Of a stretch of DNA of 64,000 nucleotides, positions 56,577-64,000 are shown in pieces; the stretch's first letter is position 1, and the number at the start of each line of letters is the position of its first letter. A program made the translations under genes and the position numbers. Source of the stretch: an uncultured Halobacteriales archaeon. GTDB taxonomy: Archaea > Halobacteriota > Halobacteria > Halobacteriales > Haloarculaceae. The notes beneath the pieces are model-generated. The model worked only from the letters and a program-made list of their open reading frames with translations, had not been told where the DNA came from and ran no database searches. The stretch lies in NCBI GenBank assembly GCA_964471665.1, contig CAYYHG010000002.1:3748-67747 (forward strand). The letters run 5' to 3'.

Positions 56577-57077
56577 ATGGGGAAAGTAAACGAAGGTGAC
56601 CTCGAGTGGACCGACATCGAACAGGGCGGAATGTGTCTCAGGCGCAAACAGCTCGGCGAGGCGGCCGACGGCGAGGCGCTCGGGTGTAGCCTCTACGAAC
56701 TGCCGGCCGGAGAGCAGGCCTGGCCGTACCACTACCACACCGCAAACGAGGAGGCGCTGTACGTCCTCTCGGGGTCGGGTACGCTCCGACTCGACGGGGA
56801 GTCGACGCCCCTGGAGGCGGGCGACTACGTGGCGTTGCCCGCCGACGAGCGCGGCGCCCACAGAGTCGTCAACGACTCCGGGGGGTCGCTGACATACCTG
56901 GCCGTCTCGACGATGGACGAACCGGACGTCACCGTCTATCCCGACTCGGAGAAGTTCGGCGTGTTCGTCGGATCGCCGCCCGGCGGACGCGAGGGCCGCT
57001 CCCTGCACGGGTACTACCGCCGCGACGACGATGTCGGGTACTGGACGGACACGGCGTCCAGCCGCGAGGAGAGCTAG
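56577..57077 (+). CDS. Cupin-domain protein
   Basis: 166-aa ORF. Cupin motifs WPYHYHTANEEALYVLSGSGTLRLDGE and GDYVALPADERGAHRV. Confidence 0.8.
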   Translation: MGKVNEGDLEWTDIEQGGMCLRRKQLGEAADGEALGCSLYELPAGEQAWPYHYHTANEEALYVLSGSGTLRLDGESTPLEAGDYVALPADERGAHRVVNDSGGSLTYLAVSTMDEPDVTVYPDSEKFGVFVGSPPGGREGRSLHGYYRRDDDVGYWTDTASSREES

Positions 57078-57442
57078 GTCCGGAAGCTCTCGCCACAGCC
57101 ACACTCGCTGACGACGTTGGGGTTCTCGATGTGGAACCCGGCGCCCTGGAGGCCACCCTCGTACTCGAGCCGCGAGCCCTCGATGTACTTCATGCTGGCC
57201 GGGTCGACGAACACGCGCAGGCCGTGGTGTTCGGTGACGGTGTCGTCGTCGTCGGGTTCGGTGTCGAACCGCATCCCGTAGGAGAGGCCGGCACAGCCAC
57301 CCTGCTGGACGAACAGACGCAGTCCGCCGACGTCGACGTCCATGCCTTCGCCTTCCATCAGTGCCAGTGCCTCTTCGGCGGCCTGTTCGTTCACCAAGAC
57401 GGCTGTGCTCTTCTGACTGTGTTCCTCGGCAGTGCTGCTCAT
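57074..57442 (-). CDS. Iron-sulfur cluster assembly accessory protein (HesB/IscA/ErpA family)
   Basis: Track ORF 57074..57559 trimmed to the ATG at 57442 (MSSTAEEHSQ). GGCAGLSYGM and C-terminal SECGCGESF motifs are diagnostic for A-type carriers. Confidence 0.9.
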   Translation of the reverse strand: MSSTAEEHSQKSTAVLVNEQAAEEALALMEGEGMDVDVGGLRLFVQQGGCAGLSYGMRFDTEPDDDDTVTEHHGLRVFVDPASMKYIEGSRLEYEGGLQGAGFHIENPNVVSECGCGESFRT

Positions 57443-57739
57443 GGCTGTTTGCAGTGCGCCCACGGTGTTAACACTTTGCAACAGGGGGTACCTTCCGACC
57501 GCTCTGGAGGAGACGGGATCGCTTCGCGGAGCTTCGCGGAGTTTCCCGGTCGTCACCACGGCGTCCGCGTACTCGTCCTGGCCGCTCCGCGAGTTCGTCG
57601 AACCCGGACCCGCACGGCCGTCGCGTTCCAGCCCGCCGGATCTGGACCCCGGCGATCCACACCAAATATTTTGGGCACAATCGTATTCCCCAGTCCACCC
57701 ATACTATAATTGCCGGCAGAGGGACGCCGGCCGTTCACG

Positions 57740-57889
57740 ATGCCCGAGTGTAAACACTGTGGTTCGCACGTCTCCGATCGATTCGCCCGCGTCTTCGCCG
57801 ACGAGCGCGGCCAGGTCCACGCCTGTCCGAGCTGTTCGGCCAACGCCGGAATTGCCGAAGTTGCGAGACAGCGCGCCCGAGAAGTATGA
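57740..57889 (+). CDS. Small zinc-ribbon microprotein (49 aa, CxxC...CPxC)
   Basis: Not in the track. Translation: MPECKHCGSHVSDRFARVFADERGQVHACPSCSANAGIAEVARQRAREV, stop TGA at 57887-57889. The N-terminus is nearly superimposable on 49123..49281 (MPECxxCGxxV...ARVF). Confidence 0.6.
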   Translation: MPECKHCGSHVSDRFARVFADERGQVHACPSCSANAGIAEVARQRAREV

Positions 57890-57984
57890 CAGCATAATTT
57901 CCGCGGACCCCACCTCCCGGATCAATCCTTACCACCCTGCGACCGCCGGTGACGGGGAGTTTTTTGTGGGCCCGCCGTGCAAGG

Positions 57985-59379
57985 ATGTACATGGACGAGA
58001 CGGGTGGCGACGGAATCGAGTTCGGTACCGACGGCTGGAGAGCGACGCTCTCTGAGTTTACGACGACACGCGTTCGGATGGTCGGCCAGGGAGTCGCGGC
58101 CCATCTCGACGACGAGGAGCGGCGCGGTCCCGTCGCCGTGGGCTACGACGCCCGCTCGCACTCGCGGGGGTTCGCGGAGGAACTCGCGCGGGTGCTCGCT
58201 GCGAACGGTCGTGACGTGACCATGGCCAAGCGTGACTGTCCGACGCCGGTCCTCGCCTGGACTGTCACCGAGGGCGACTACGTCGGCGGGGTGATGGTCA
58301 CGGCCTCGCACAACCCACCCGAGTACAACGGCGTGAAGTTCCTCCAGCACGACGGAACGCCAGCGCTGCCGGCGGTCACAGAGGCCATCGAGGAACGCCT
58401 CGACGAACCCGATCCGGACCCCGACGGGGAGTACGGCAGCGTGACAGAGAAGGACCTCGTGACGCCGTTCAGCGACCACGCCGTCGACTTCGTGGACGTG
58501 GACATCGACGGACTGCAGGTGGCCTACGACGCGATGCACGGCAGCGGCCGCGGTGTCACCGACGCGCTGCTCAGGCGCGGGGGCGCGACCGTCGACCGGC
58601 TGCGGTGCACACGCGAGGCCGATTTCGGCGGCACGCCACCCGAGCCGGTTCCAGAGCACGCTGGCGAACTGGAGGAGCGAGTCACCGCCGGGGACGCGGC
58701 GCTGGGGTTCATCAACGACGGCGACGCCGACCGGCTCGGTGTCGTGACGCCCGGCCGGGGCTTTCTCGACCCGAACGTCTATCTCGCCGTGCTCTACGAG
58801 TATCTCCTCGAATCGGACGGGGGTGACGTCGTGCGGACGGTGTCGACGAGCAGCCTCGTCGACCGCGTCGCGGCGGCCCACGGCCAGGCCGTCCACGAGA
58901 CCGCCGTTGGCTTCAAGTGGGTGGCCGAGGCGATGGGCGACCACGACGCCCGCTGTGGCGGCGAGGAAAGCGGCGGGTACGGCGTGGCCGCACACCTCCG
59001 GAACAAGGACGGTGTTCTCCTGGCGCTCCTGACGGCGGCCGCCGAGGCCGAACGCCCGCTGGACGACCGCGTCGACGACCTGCTGGCCGCCCACGGCGGG
59101 GTCGTCCAGGAGCGGGTGAGCGTCGACTGTCCCGACGACCGCAAGGGACCGGTCCTCGAGAACCTCGAGACAGCCCTCCCCGGGACGCTCGCGGGCGTCG
59201 ACGTCGCGGACGTGACCACGGTCGACGGGTTCAAGATCACTCTGGCCGACGACACCTGGGTCCTCGTCCGTCCCTCGGGGACAGAACCGAAACTCCGCGT
59301 CTACGCCGAGGCCACCACCGACGACCGCGTCGCGGACCTGCTCGCCGCTGGTCGGGATCTCGTCGAACCGCTGGTGTGA
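57985..59379 (+). CDS. Phosphoglucomutase/phosphomannomutase family protein
   Basis: Track ORF starts at 57949; ATGs at 57985 and 57991. FGTDGWR, active-site TASHNPPEYNG, Mg-binding NDGDADR, GEESGG, RPSGTEP. Confidence 0.9.
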   Translation: MYMDETGGDGIEFGTDGWRATLSEFTTTRVRMVGQGVAAHLDDEERRGPVAVGYDARSHSRGFAEELARVLAANGRDVTMAKRDCPTPVLAWTVTEGDYVGGVMVTASHNPPEYNGVKFLQHDGTPALPAVTEAIEERLDEPDPDPDGEYGSVTEKDLVTPFSDHAVDFVDVDIDGLQVAYDAMHGSGRGVTDALLRRGGATVDRLRCTREADFGGTPPEPVPEHAGELEERVTAGDAALGFINDGDADRLGVVTPGRGFLDPNVYLAVLYEYLLESDGGDVVRTVSTSSLVDRVAAAHGQAVHETAVGFKWVAEAMGDHDARCGGEESGGYGVAAHLRNKDGVLLALLTAAAEAERPLDDRVDDLLAAHGGVVQERVSVDCPDDRKGPVLENLETALPGTLAGVDVADVTTVDGFKITLADDTWVLVRPSGTEPKLRVYAEATTDDRVADLLAAGRDLVEPLV

Positions 59380-59402
59380 GACGGCTCGTACTGCCGGCAG
59401 TA

Positions 59403-59813
59403 TCACCGTCGACCGCGGTATCGGCCGTCCCCGAGCGGTCGGATGTCGAACCCCAGCGACTCCCAGAACGGTCGGACCCCGGGATCGAACTCGGCGACGA
59501 GACGTTCCCGTCGCTCGACAGCGGACGCGACGAGTGCGGTTCCGACACCCTGATCGCGCCGCCGGCGCCGGACTGCGACCGCCGTGATCCGGTCGCCGAC
59601 CAGGACGAGCGCGCCGAGGACCCGTCCGTCAGCGGGGTTCCCGCCGCTCGCTCCATCCTCGCCAGCGACTGCCACGAGCACGCCTCCGCTGTCGAGTGCG
59701 CGCCTGATCCGTCCGGCGTCGGTCGCAAGCGCGCCGCCGTCGAGGACGTTCAACACGTCTGGCAGTTCCGGCACGGTCGCCTCGCGGACCACCAGGCCGT
59801 CGGGACCGGTCAC
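59403..59813 (-). CDS. GNAT-family N-acetyltransferase (short)
   Basis: Inside track ORF 59403..60059. A GTG at 59813 overlaps the upstream stop (GTGA). Acetyl-CoA motif RRRRDQGVGTALV. The start assignment is tentative. Confidence 0.6.
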   Translation of the reverse strand: MTGPDGLVVREATVPELPDVLNVLDGGALATDAGRIRRALDSGGVLVAVAGEDGASGGNPADGRVLGALVLVGDRITAVAVRRRRRDQGVGTALVASAVERRERLVAEFDPGVRPFWESLGFDIRPLGDGRYRGRR

Positions 59814-60187
59814 GCTCTGTCGTCCTCCAGCAGGCCGTCGAGCGCGTCGAGGACGTCCTCGACAGAGGGACGGTCGAACGACTCGCCGGCCGCGGCGTCC
59901 GGGTCCGCCAGCAGGGGGTACGGCAGGTCGTAGCTCTCCTGCCAGGACTGGATCTTCTCGCGGGGTTCGGGGACAATCGAGACGACTTCGGCGCCGCGGT
60001 CGCGGAACTCCTCGTAGCGGTCGGCGACCTGCTGGACCTGCGTGCGGCAGTTCGTACACAGGTGGTCGCGCTGGAGGTACACGACGACGAAATCGTGGTC
60101 CTCGACGAGATCCGAAAGGGCGAGCGGATCGGGACCCGGGCCGACGTTGGCCAGCGAGAAGTCGATCGAGTTGCGTGTCTCGGCCAT
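59810..60187 (-). CDS. Redoxin/thioredoxin-fold protein (AhpC/TSA-like)
   Basis: Track ORF 59810..60592 trimmed to the ATG at 60187 (MAETRNSIDFSLANVGPG). VVVYLQRDHLCTNCR (CxxC) and YPLLADPD motifs. Confidence 0.75.
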   Translation of the reverse strand: MAETRNSIDFSLANVGPGPDPLALSDLVEDHDFVVVYLQRDHLCTNCRTQVQQVADRYEEFRDRGAEVVSIVPEPREKIQSWQESYDLPYPLLADPDAAAGESFDRPSVEDVLDALDGLLEDDRA

Positions 60188-60263
60188 GTCACCCGTAGGT
60201 CGCGGCGGACCGTCTACCTTACGAGAGCGACACGGCTTTTTGTCGGCACACGTATGCCGGGGC

Positions 60264-61244
60264 ATGGACCTGACACGGCGACCACGTCGCCTGCGGACGG
60301 ACGGCGTCCGGGAACTGGTGTGCGAGACCGACCTCTCGGCGTCGGATCTGGTCGCGCCCATCTTCGTGGACGCGACGACAGACGAGCGCCGGCCCATTCC
60401 CTCGATGCCGGGCCACGAGCGCGTTCCCGTCCCGGAGGCCGTCTCCCGGGTCCGGGAGGTCGAGGAGACGGGCGTCGGGGCCGTCATCGTCTTCGGCGTT
60501 CCCGAGTCCAAGGACGACCGCGGCACGCGCGCCTGGGCCGACGATGGCGTCGTCCAGCGGGCGGTCCGGGCAATCGCGGCCGAGACCGACATCTACGTCA
60601 TCACCGACGTCTGTCTGTGCGAGTACACCAGCCACGGCCACTGCGGGATACTGGAAGACGACGCCGCCGGAGATTCGACCCTCACCGTCCGGAACGACGA
60701 GACGCTCGAACTGCTCGGGCGGACCGCCACCACCCACGCCGAGGCCGGCGCCGACATGGTCGCGCCCTCGGGGATGATCGACGGGATGGTGGGCGCCATC
60801 CGCAACTCGCTGGACGCCGCGGGCTTTGCCGACGTTGCGATCATGAGTTACGCCGCGAAGTACGAGTCGGCCTTCTACGGCCCGTTCCGGGACGCGACAG
60901 ACGGTGCCCCCGCCTTTGGCGACCGGCGTCACTACCAGATGGATCCCGCGAACGCGCGCGAGGCTGTCCGTGAGGTCGCACTCGACGTCGAACAGGGCGC
61001 CGACGTGTTGATGATCAAGCCCGCCCTGCCCTACCTCGACGTCGTCGGAGACGTCCGTCGGGAGTTCGACCTGCCCGTCGCGGCGTACAACGTCTCCGGG
61101 GAGTACGCGATGTTGCACGCGGCCGCCGAGAAGGACTGGCTCGACCTCGAGGCGGTGGCCCACGAGGCCCTGCTGTCCATCAGACGGGCCGGCGCCGACC
61201 TGATCGTGACGTACTTCGCGGAGGACCTGGCCGACCGGCTCTGA
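60264..61244 (+). CDS. hemB: Porphobilinogen synthase (delta-aminolevulinate dehydratase)
   Basis: Track ORF 60042..61244 trimmed to the ATG at 60264 (MDLTRRPRRLR). DVCLCEYTSHGHCG zinc site, active-site lysines in MSYAAKYES and VLMIKPALPYLD. Confidence 0.9.
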   Translation: MDLTRRPRRLRTDGVRELVCETDLSASDLVAPIFVDATTDERRPIPSMPGHERVPVPEAVSRVREVEETGVGAVIVFGVPESKDDRGTRAWADDGVVQRAVRAIAAETDIYVITDVCLCEYTSHGHCGILEDDAAGDSTLTVRNDETLELLGRTATTHAEAGADMVAPSGMIDGMVGAIRNSLDAAGFADVAIMSYAAKYESAFYGPFRDATDGAPAFGDRRHYQMDPANAREAVREVALDVEQGADVLMIKPALPYLDVVGDVRREFDLPVAAYNVSGEYAMLHAAAEKDWLDLEAVAHEALLSIRRAGADLIVTYFAEDLADRL

Positions 61245-61303
61245 CTTGTGCGCGCGGCCGAATCCGGGCGGAACCGCCGGTCGACAATCGTTCGAAAATT
61301 GAC

Positions 61304-61317
61304 CGGACGATCGTCCG
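61304..61317. promoter_or_regulatory. 14-bp perfect palindrome CGGACGATCGTCCG downstream of hemB / far upstream of amt
   Basis: Read directly. Followed by the related GATCGCTGGACGAT. Could be a terminator stem or an operator. No functional evidence. Confidence 0.3.
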
Positions 61318-61531
61318 ATCGCTGGACGATTTACAACCTTATATCGATAATATTCTACTGGATTTCGAGCATTCGTCTATATATACCGCATTATATCCAT
61401 CATTGTAAAGCAAACCCTTATGTGCTTCCCTTGCGGTAGCCTTTCCCGTACGAGACAAAACGATATCACAGGCAAATCGAAGAAAAGTGGACAATCAATA
61501 ATCAACAGAAACCAAAATACAGACATCAACA

Positions 61532-62842
61532 ATGAGCGTTCTGTTACAGATCGATCCGGCAGTGCTGGCAGAGAGTATCAACAACACGTGGATACTGGTC
61601 GTCTCGTTCCTGATCTTCTTCATGCACGCGGGCTTCGCGATGCTGGAGGCGGGGCAGGTACGGTCGAAGAACGTGGCCAACCAGCTGACGAAGAACCTGC
61701 TGACCTGGAGCGTCGGCGTGACGGTCTTTTTCCTGATCGGCGCGGGCGTCTCCAGTCTCGTCGGCGGGGGCGGCTTCGCGGCGCCGTGGATGGGCGAGGC
61801 GTCGGGGTACGTCGGCTGGCTGTACGGTGCCGTCTTCGCGATGACGGCGGCGACGATCGTCTCCGGGGCCGTGGCCGGCCGCGCGAAACTGCGGGCGTAC
61901 GTGGCGTACACGTTCCTGCTCGCGGCGGTCATCTACCCGGTGGTGACCGGCATCACGTGGGCCGGCGCCTACGTCGAGTTCGGCGGGGTGGCGTTCCACG
62001 ACTTCGCCGGCGGCATGATCGTCCACGGCATGGGCGGCATCGCCGGCCTCACCGCGGCGTGGGTGCTGGGCCCGCGGATGGGACGGTTCGGCGAGGACGG
62101 CAGCGTGAACGTCATCCCCGGTCACTCGCTGACCTTCGCAGTCCTGGGGACGCTGATCCTCGCGTTCGGCTGGTACGGCTTCAACGTCGGGACGGCGGCT
62201 ATCTGGGACGTCGAGGGCGGAGTGTTCGCGTTCGACACGCTCGGCCGCGTCGCGATGGGTACGACGATCGCAATGGGGTCGGGTGCGATGGGCGCCGGCC
62301 TCGTCGCCTGGCTCAAGACGGGCAAGGTCGACACCCTCTACGTCGCTAACGGGCTGCTGGCCGGGCTTGTCGGGATCACCGCGATCCCCGATACGACTGT
62401 CTGGTGGGGCGCGTTCCTCGTGGGCGGCCTCGCTGGCGCACAGCTCCCGGTCGTCTTCGAGCTGACGGAGAAAATCGGCGTCGACGACGTCTGTGCGGTC
62501 TTCCCGGTCCACGGCAGTGCGGGTGTCCTCGGGACGCTGCTGTTCCCCTTCGTCGCCGTCCCGAGCGCGCTCGAAGCCAGCGTCGTCACCCACTTCATCA
62601 CGCAGCTGATCGGCGTCGTCGCCATTGCGGCCTGGACGGTCCTGGCGACTGCCCTGGTCTGGTACGTGCTGAAAGTGGCAGGCCAGGCCCGCGTCAGGCC
62701 CGAACACGAGCAGGAGGGGCTGGACCTCAGCGAGCACGGGGTCGAGACCTACCCCGAGTTCGGCGGCGAAGACACCGTGATGGCCGACGGCGGTGCCACC
62801 TACTCGATGGCCGACGAGTCGGGGGTGCTGGACGATGACTGA
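61532..62842 (+). CDS. amt: Ammonium transporter (Amt family)
   Basis: 436-aa multi-[27 protein letters not shown] and [13 protein letters not shown] motifs. Followed by glnK. Confidence 0.9.
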   Translation: MSVLLQIDPAVLAESINNTWILVVSFLIFFMHAGFAMLEAGQVRSKNVANQLTKNLLTWSVGVTVFFLIGAGVSSLVGGGGFAAPWMGEASGYVGWLYGAVFAMTAATIVSGAVAGRAKLRAYVAYTFLLAAVIYPVVTGITWAGAYVEFGGVAFHDFAGGMIVHGMGGIAGLTAAWVLGPRMGRFGEDGSVNVIPGHSLTFAVLGTLILAFGWYGFNVGTAAIWDVEGGVFAFDTLGRVAMGTTIAMGSGAMGAGLVAWLKTGKVDTLYVANGLLAGLVGITAIPDTTVWWGAFLVGGLAGAQLPVVFELTEKIGVDDVCAVFPVHGSAGVLGTLLFPFVAVPSALEASVVTHFITQLIGVVAIAAWTVLATALVWYVLKVAGQARVRPEHEQEGLDLSEHGVETYPEFGGEDTVMADGGATYSMADESGVLDDD

Positions 62843-63188
62843 CGGCGAGATCGAGATGGTCGTGGCCTACATCCGGCCGGACAAACTGAGCGACGTCAAA
62901 CAGGGCCTGGCCGAGGCGGGCGCCCCCTCACTGACGGTGACGAACGTCTCGGGGCGGGGTTCACAGCCCTCGAAGACCGGGCAGTGGCGCGGCGAGGAGT
63001 ACGTCGTCGACCTCCACCAGAAGGTGAAAGTCGAGTGCGTCGTCGCCGACGTGCCCGCCGAGGACGTCGTCGACGCCATCGAGGAGTCGGCCCACACCGG
63101 CGAACCCGGCGACGGGAAGATCTTCGTGCTGCCCGTCGAGAGCGCGGTCCAGATCCGGACCGGCAAGCGCGGCCCCGAGGCCGTCTAG
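62835..63188 (+). CDS. glnK: P-II nitrogen regulatory protein GlnK
   Basis: The ATG at 62835 overlaps the amt 3' end by 8 nt. [12 protein letters not shown]-loop [24 protein letters not shown]. Confidence 0.9.
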   Translation: MTDGEIEMVVAYIRPDKLSDVKQGLAEAGAPSLTVTNVSGRGSQPSKTGQWRGEEYVVDLHQKVKVECVVADVPAEDVVDAIEESAHTGEPGDGKIFVLPVESAVQIRTGKRGPEAV

Positions 63189-63348
63189 GGCCACACTCTC
63201 TCTGGCCGGCAGATTCCCAGGAACGACTGACGGGTGAGCGTTGCTGTCAGCTCTGGGTGACGGGAGTGGAACCGTACGGGTCACCGGTAGGCGGGCTCCC
63301 ACAGACCGAACGCGATAGCTTCTTTCCCTCCGGGGGCAAACCGCCGGC

Positions 63349-64000
63349 CATGCCACACGACCACTCGCGCTCACTGTACGGTCGCGCGCTCTCGGTACTC
63401 GCCGGCGGGGTCAACTCCTCGGTGCGGGCGACCCAGCCCTATCCAGTCTTCGTCGAGCGGGGCGACGGCGGTCACATCGTCGACACCGACGGCAACCGCT
63501 ACATCGACTACGTGATGGGCTACGGCCCGCTGCTTCTCGGCCACGACATGCCCGAACGGGTGCGGGCGGCCGTCCAGCAACACGCGAGCGAGGGGCCAAT
63601 GTACGGCGTCCCCACGGAGGTCGAGGTGGAACTCGCGGAGTTCATCACCCGCCACGTCGACAGCGTCGAGATGCTCCGCTTCGTCAACAGCGGTACCGAG
63701 GCCACCGTCTCGGCGGTGCGGCTCGCCCGTGCGGCGACCGGCCGCGAGAAGATCGTCGTCATGCAGGGTGGCTACCACGGCGCCCAGGAGTCGACGCTCG
63801 TCGAGGGCTCGGGCTCGAACACCCATCCATCCAGTCCGGGCGTCCCTGACTCCTTCGCCGAGCACACGCTGGCGCTGCCGTTCAACGACGAGGCGGCCGC
63901 CCGCGACCTGTTCGCCGAGCACGGCGACGACATCGCGGCGGTCCTGACCGAACCCATTCTCGGCAACTACGGCATCGTCCATCCCGTCGAGATGTACCAC
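63349..64000 (+). CDS. hemL: Glutamate-1-semialdehyde 2,1-aminomutase (5' partial; continues beyond the window)
   Basis: Not in the track because there is no stop in the window. I translated [27 protein letters not shown]...[15 protein letters not shown]...[22 protein letters not shown], the classic HemL N-terminal pattern. The listed minus-strand ORF 63371..64000 is its antisense shadow. Confidence 0.85.

Noticed and set aside
63371-64000. 209-aa minus-strand ORF at the right edge of the window.
   Set aside because: The + strand in the same interval translates into an unmistakable HemL N-terminus ([18 protein letters not shown]). The minus-strand ORF is its antisense shadow.

Overview
This is a visibly GC-rich segment (about two-thirds G+C by eye, not computed). 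The predicted proteins are strongly acidic, there are Tat/lipobox lipoproteins with Gly-Asp linkers, and many gene pairs overlap by 1-4 nt. This is the signature of a haloarchaeal (class Halobacteria) chromosome. I could not run any searches, so every family call rests on motifs I recognise in the translated ORFs. Because of the GC content, most long ORFs in the track are antisense or out-of-frame artefacts (Arg/Pro/Gly-rich). I kept about 70 CDS and trimmed many N-terminal extensions to the first sensible ATG/GTG. I found no rRNA, tRNA, CRISPR array, integrase or transposase.

Content, in order:
- An SDR, a kinase-fold protein, an IclR regulator and a cupin.
- Two paralogous branched-chain-amino-acid-type ABC transporter clusters (5.0-10.1 kb on +, 15.4-20.2 kb on -).
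- cobA, a GNAT and an MBL-fold hydrolase.
- The rdfA / SMC-like sph3 cell-shape pair (12.5-15.2 kb).
- A large phenylacetate (paa) catabolic island (about 22-45 kb). It holds paaK, a thiolase plus an HMGCS-like/DUF35 fusion, paaH/paaF-like genes, paaABCD with a separate PaaD zinc-ribbon ORF, a paaG-like gene and a divergent HTH regulator. An accessory module interrupts it: a ThDP enzyme, a tandem-EthD protein, an HD protein, two PaaI-type thioesterases, an LLM oxidoreductase, a MaoC dehydratase, two tandem USP genes and an APC permease.
- Housekeeping genes: larB, rpiA, two phosphohexomutases, a RecJ-like DHH protein, elp3, an ACT protein, a ferredoxin, iscA, hemB, amt-glnK and partial hemL.

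Most interesting observations:
1. A family of three ~80-nt compound palindromic intergenic elements. Two of them share identical 15-nt termini.
2. An rdfA-sph3 locus whose SMC-like protein keeps a central CxxC hook, while the Walker A, signature and Walker B motifs all look degenerate.
3. A paa island with no PaaE reductase and no PaaZ. It also has a thiolase partnered with an HMGCS-like/DUF35 fusion that appears to lack the nucleophilic Cys.
4. An uncharacterised ThDP / EthD-EthD / HD module, flanked by two ~340-nt non-coding spacers that share short motifs.
5. Small Cys-rich microproteins adjacent to both phosphohexomutase paralogs.

None of these can be called novel without database searches.
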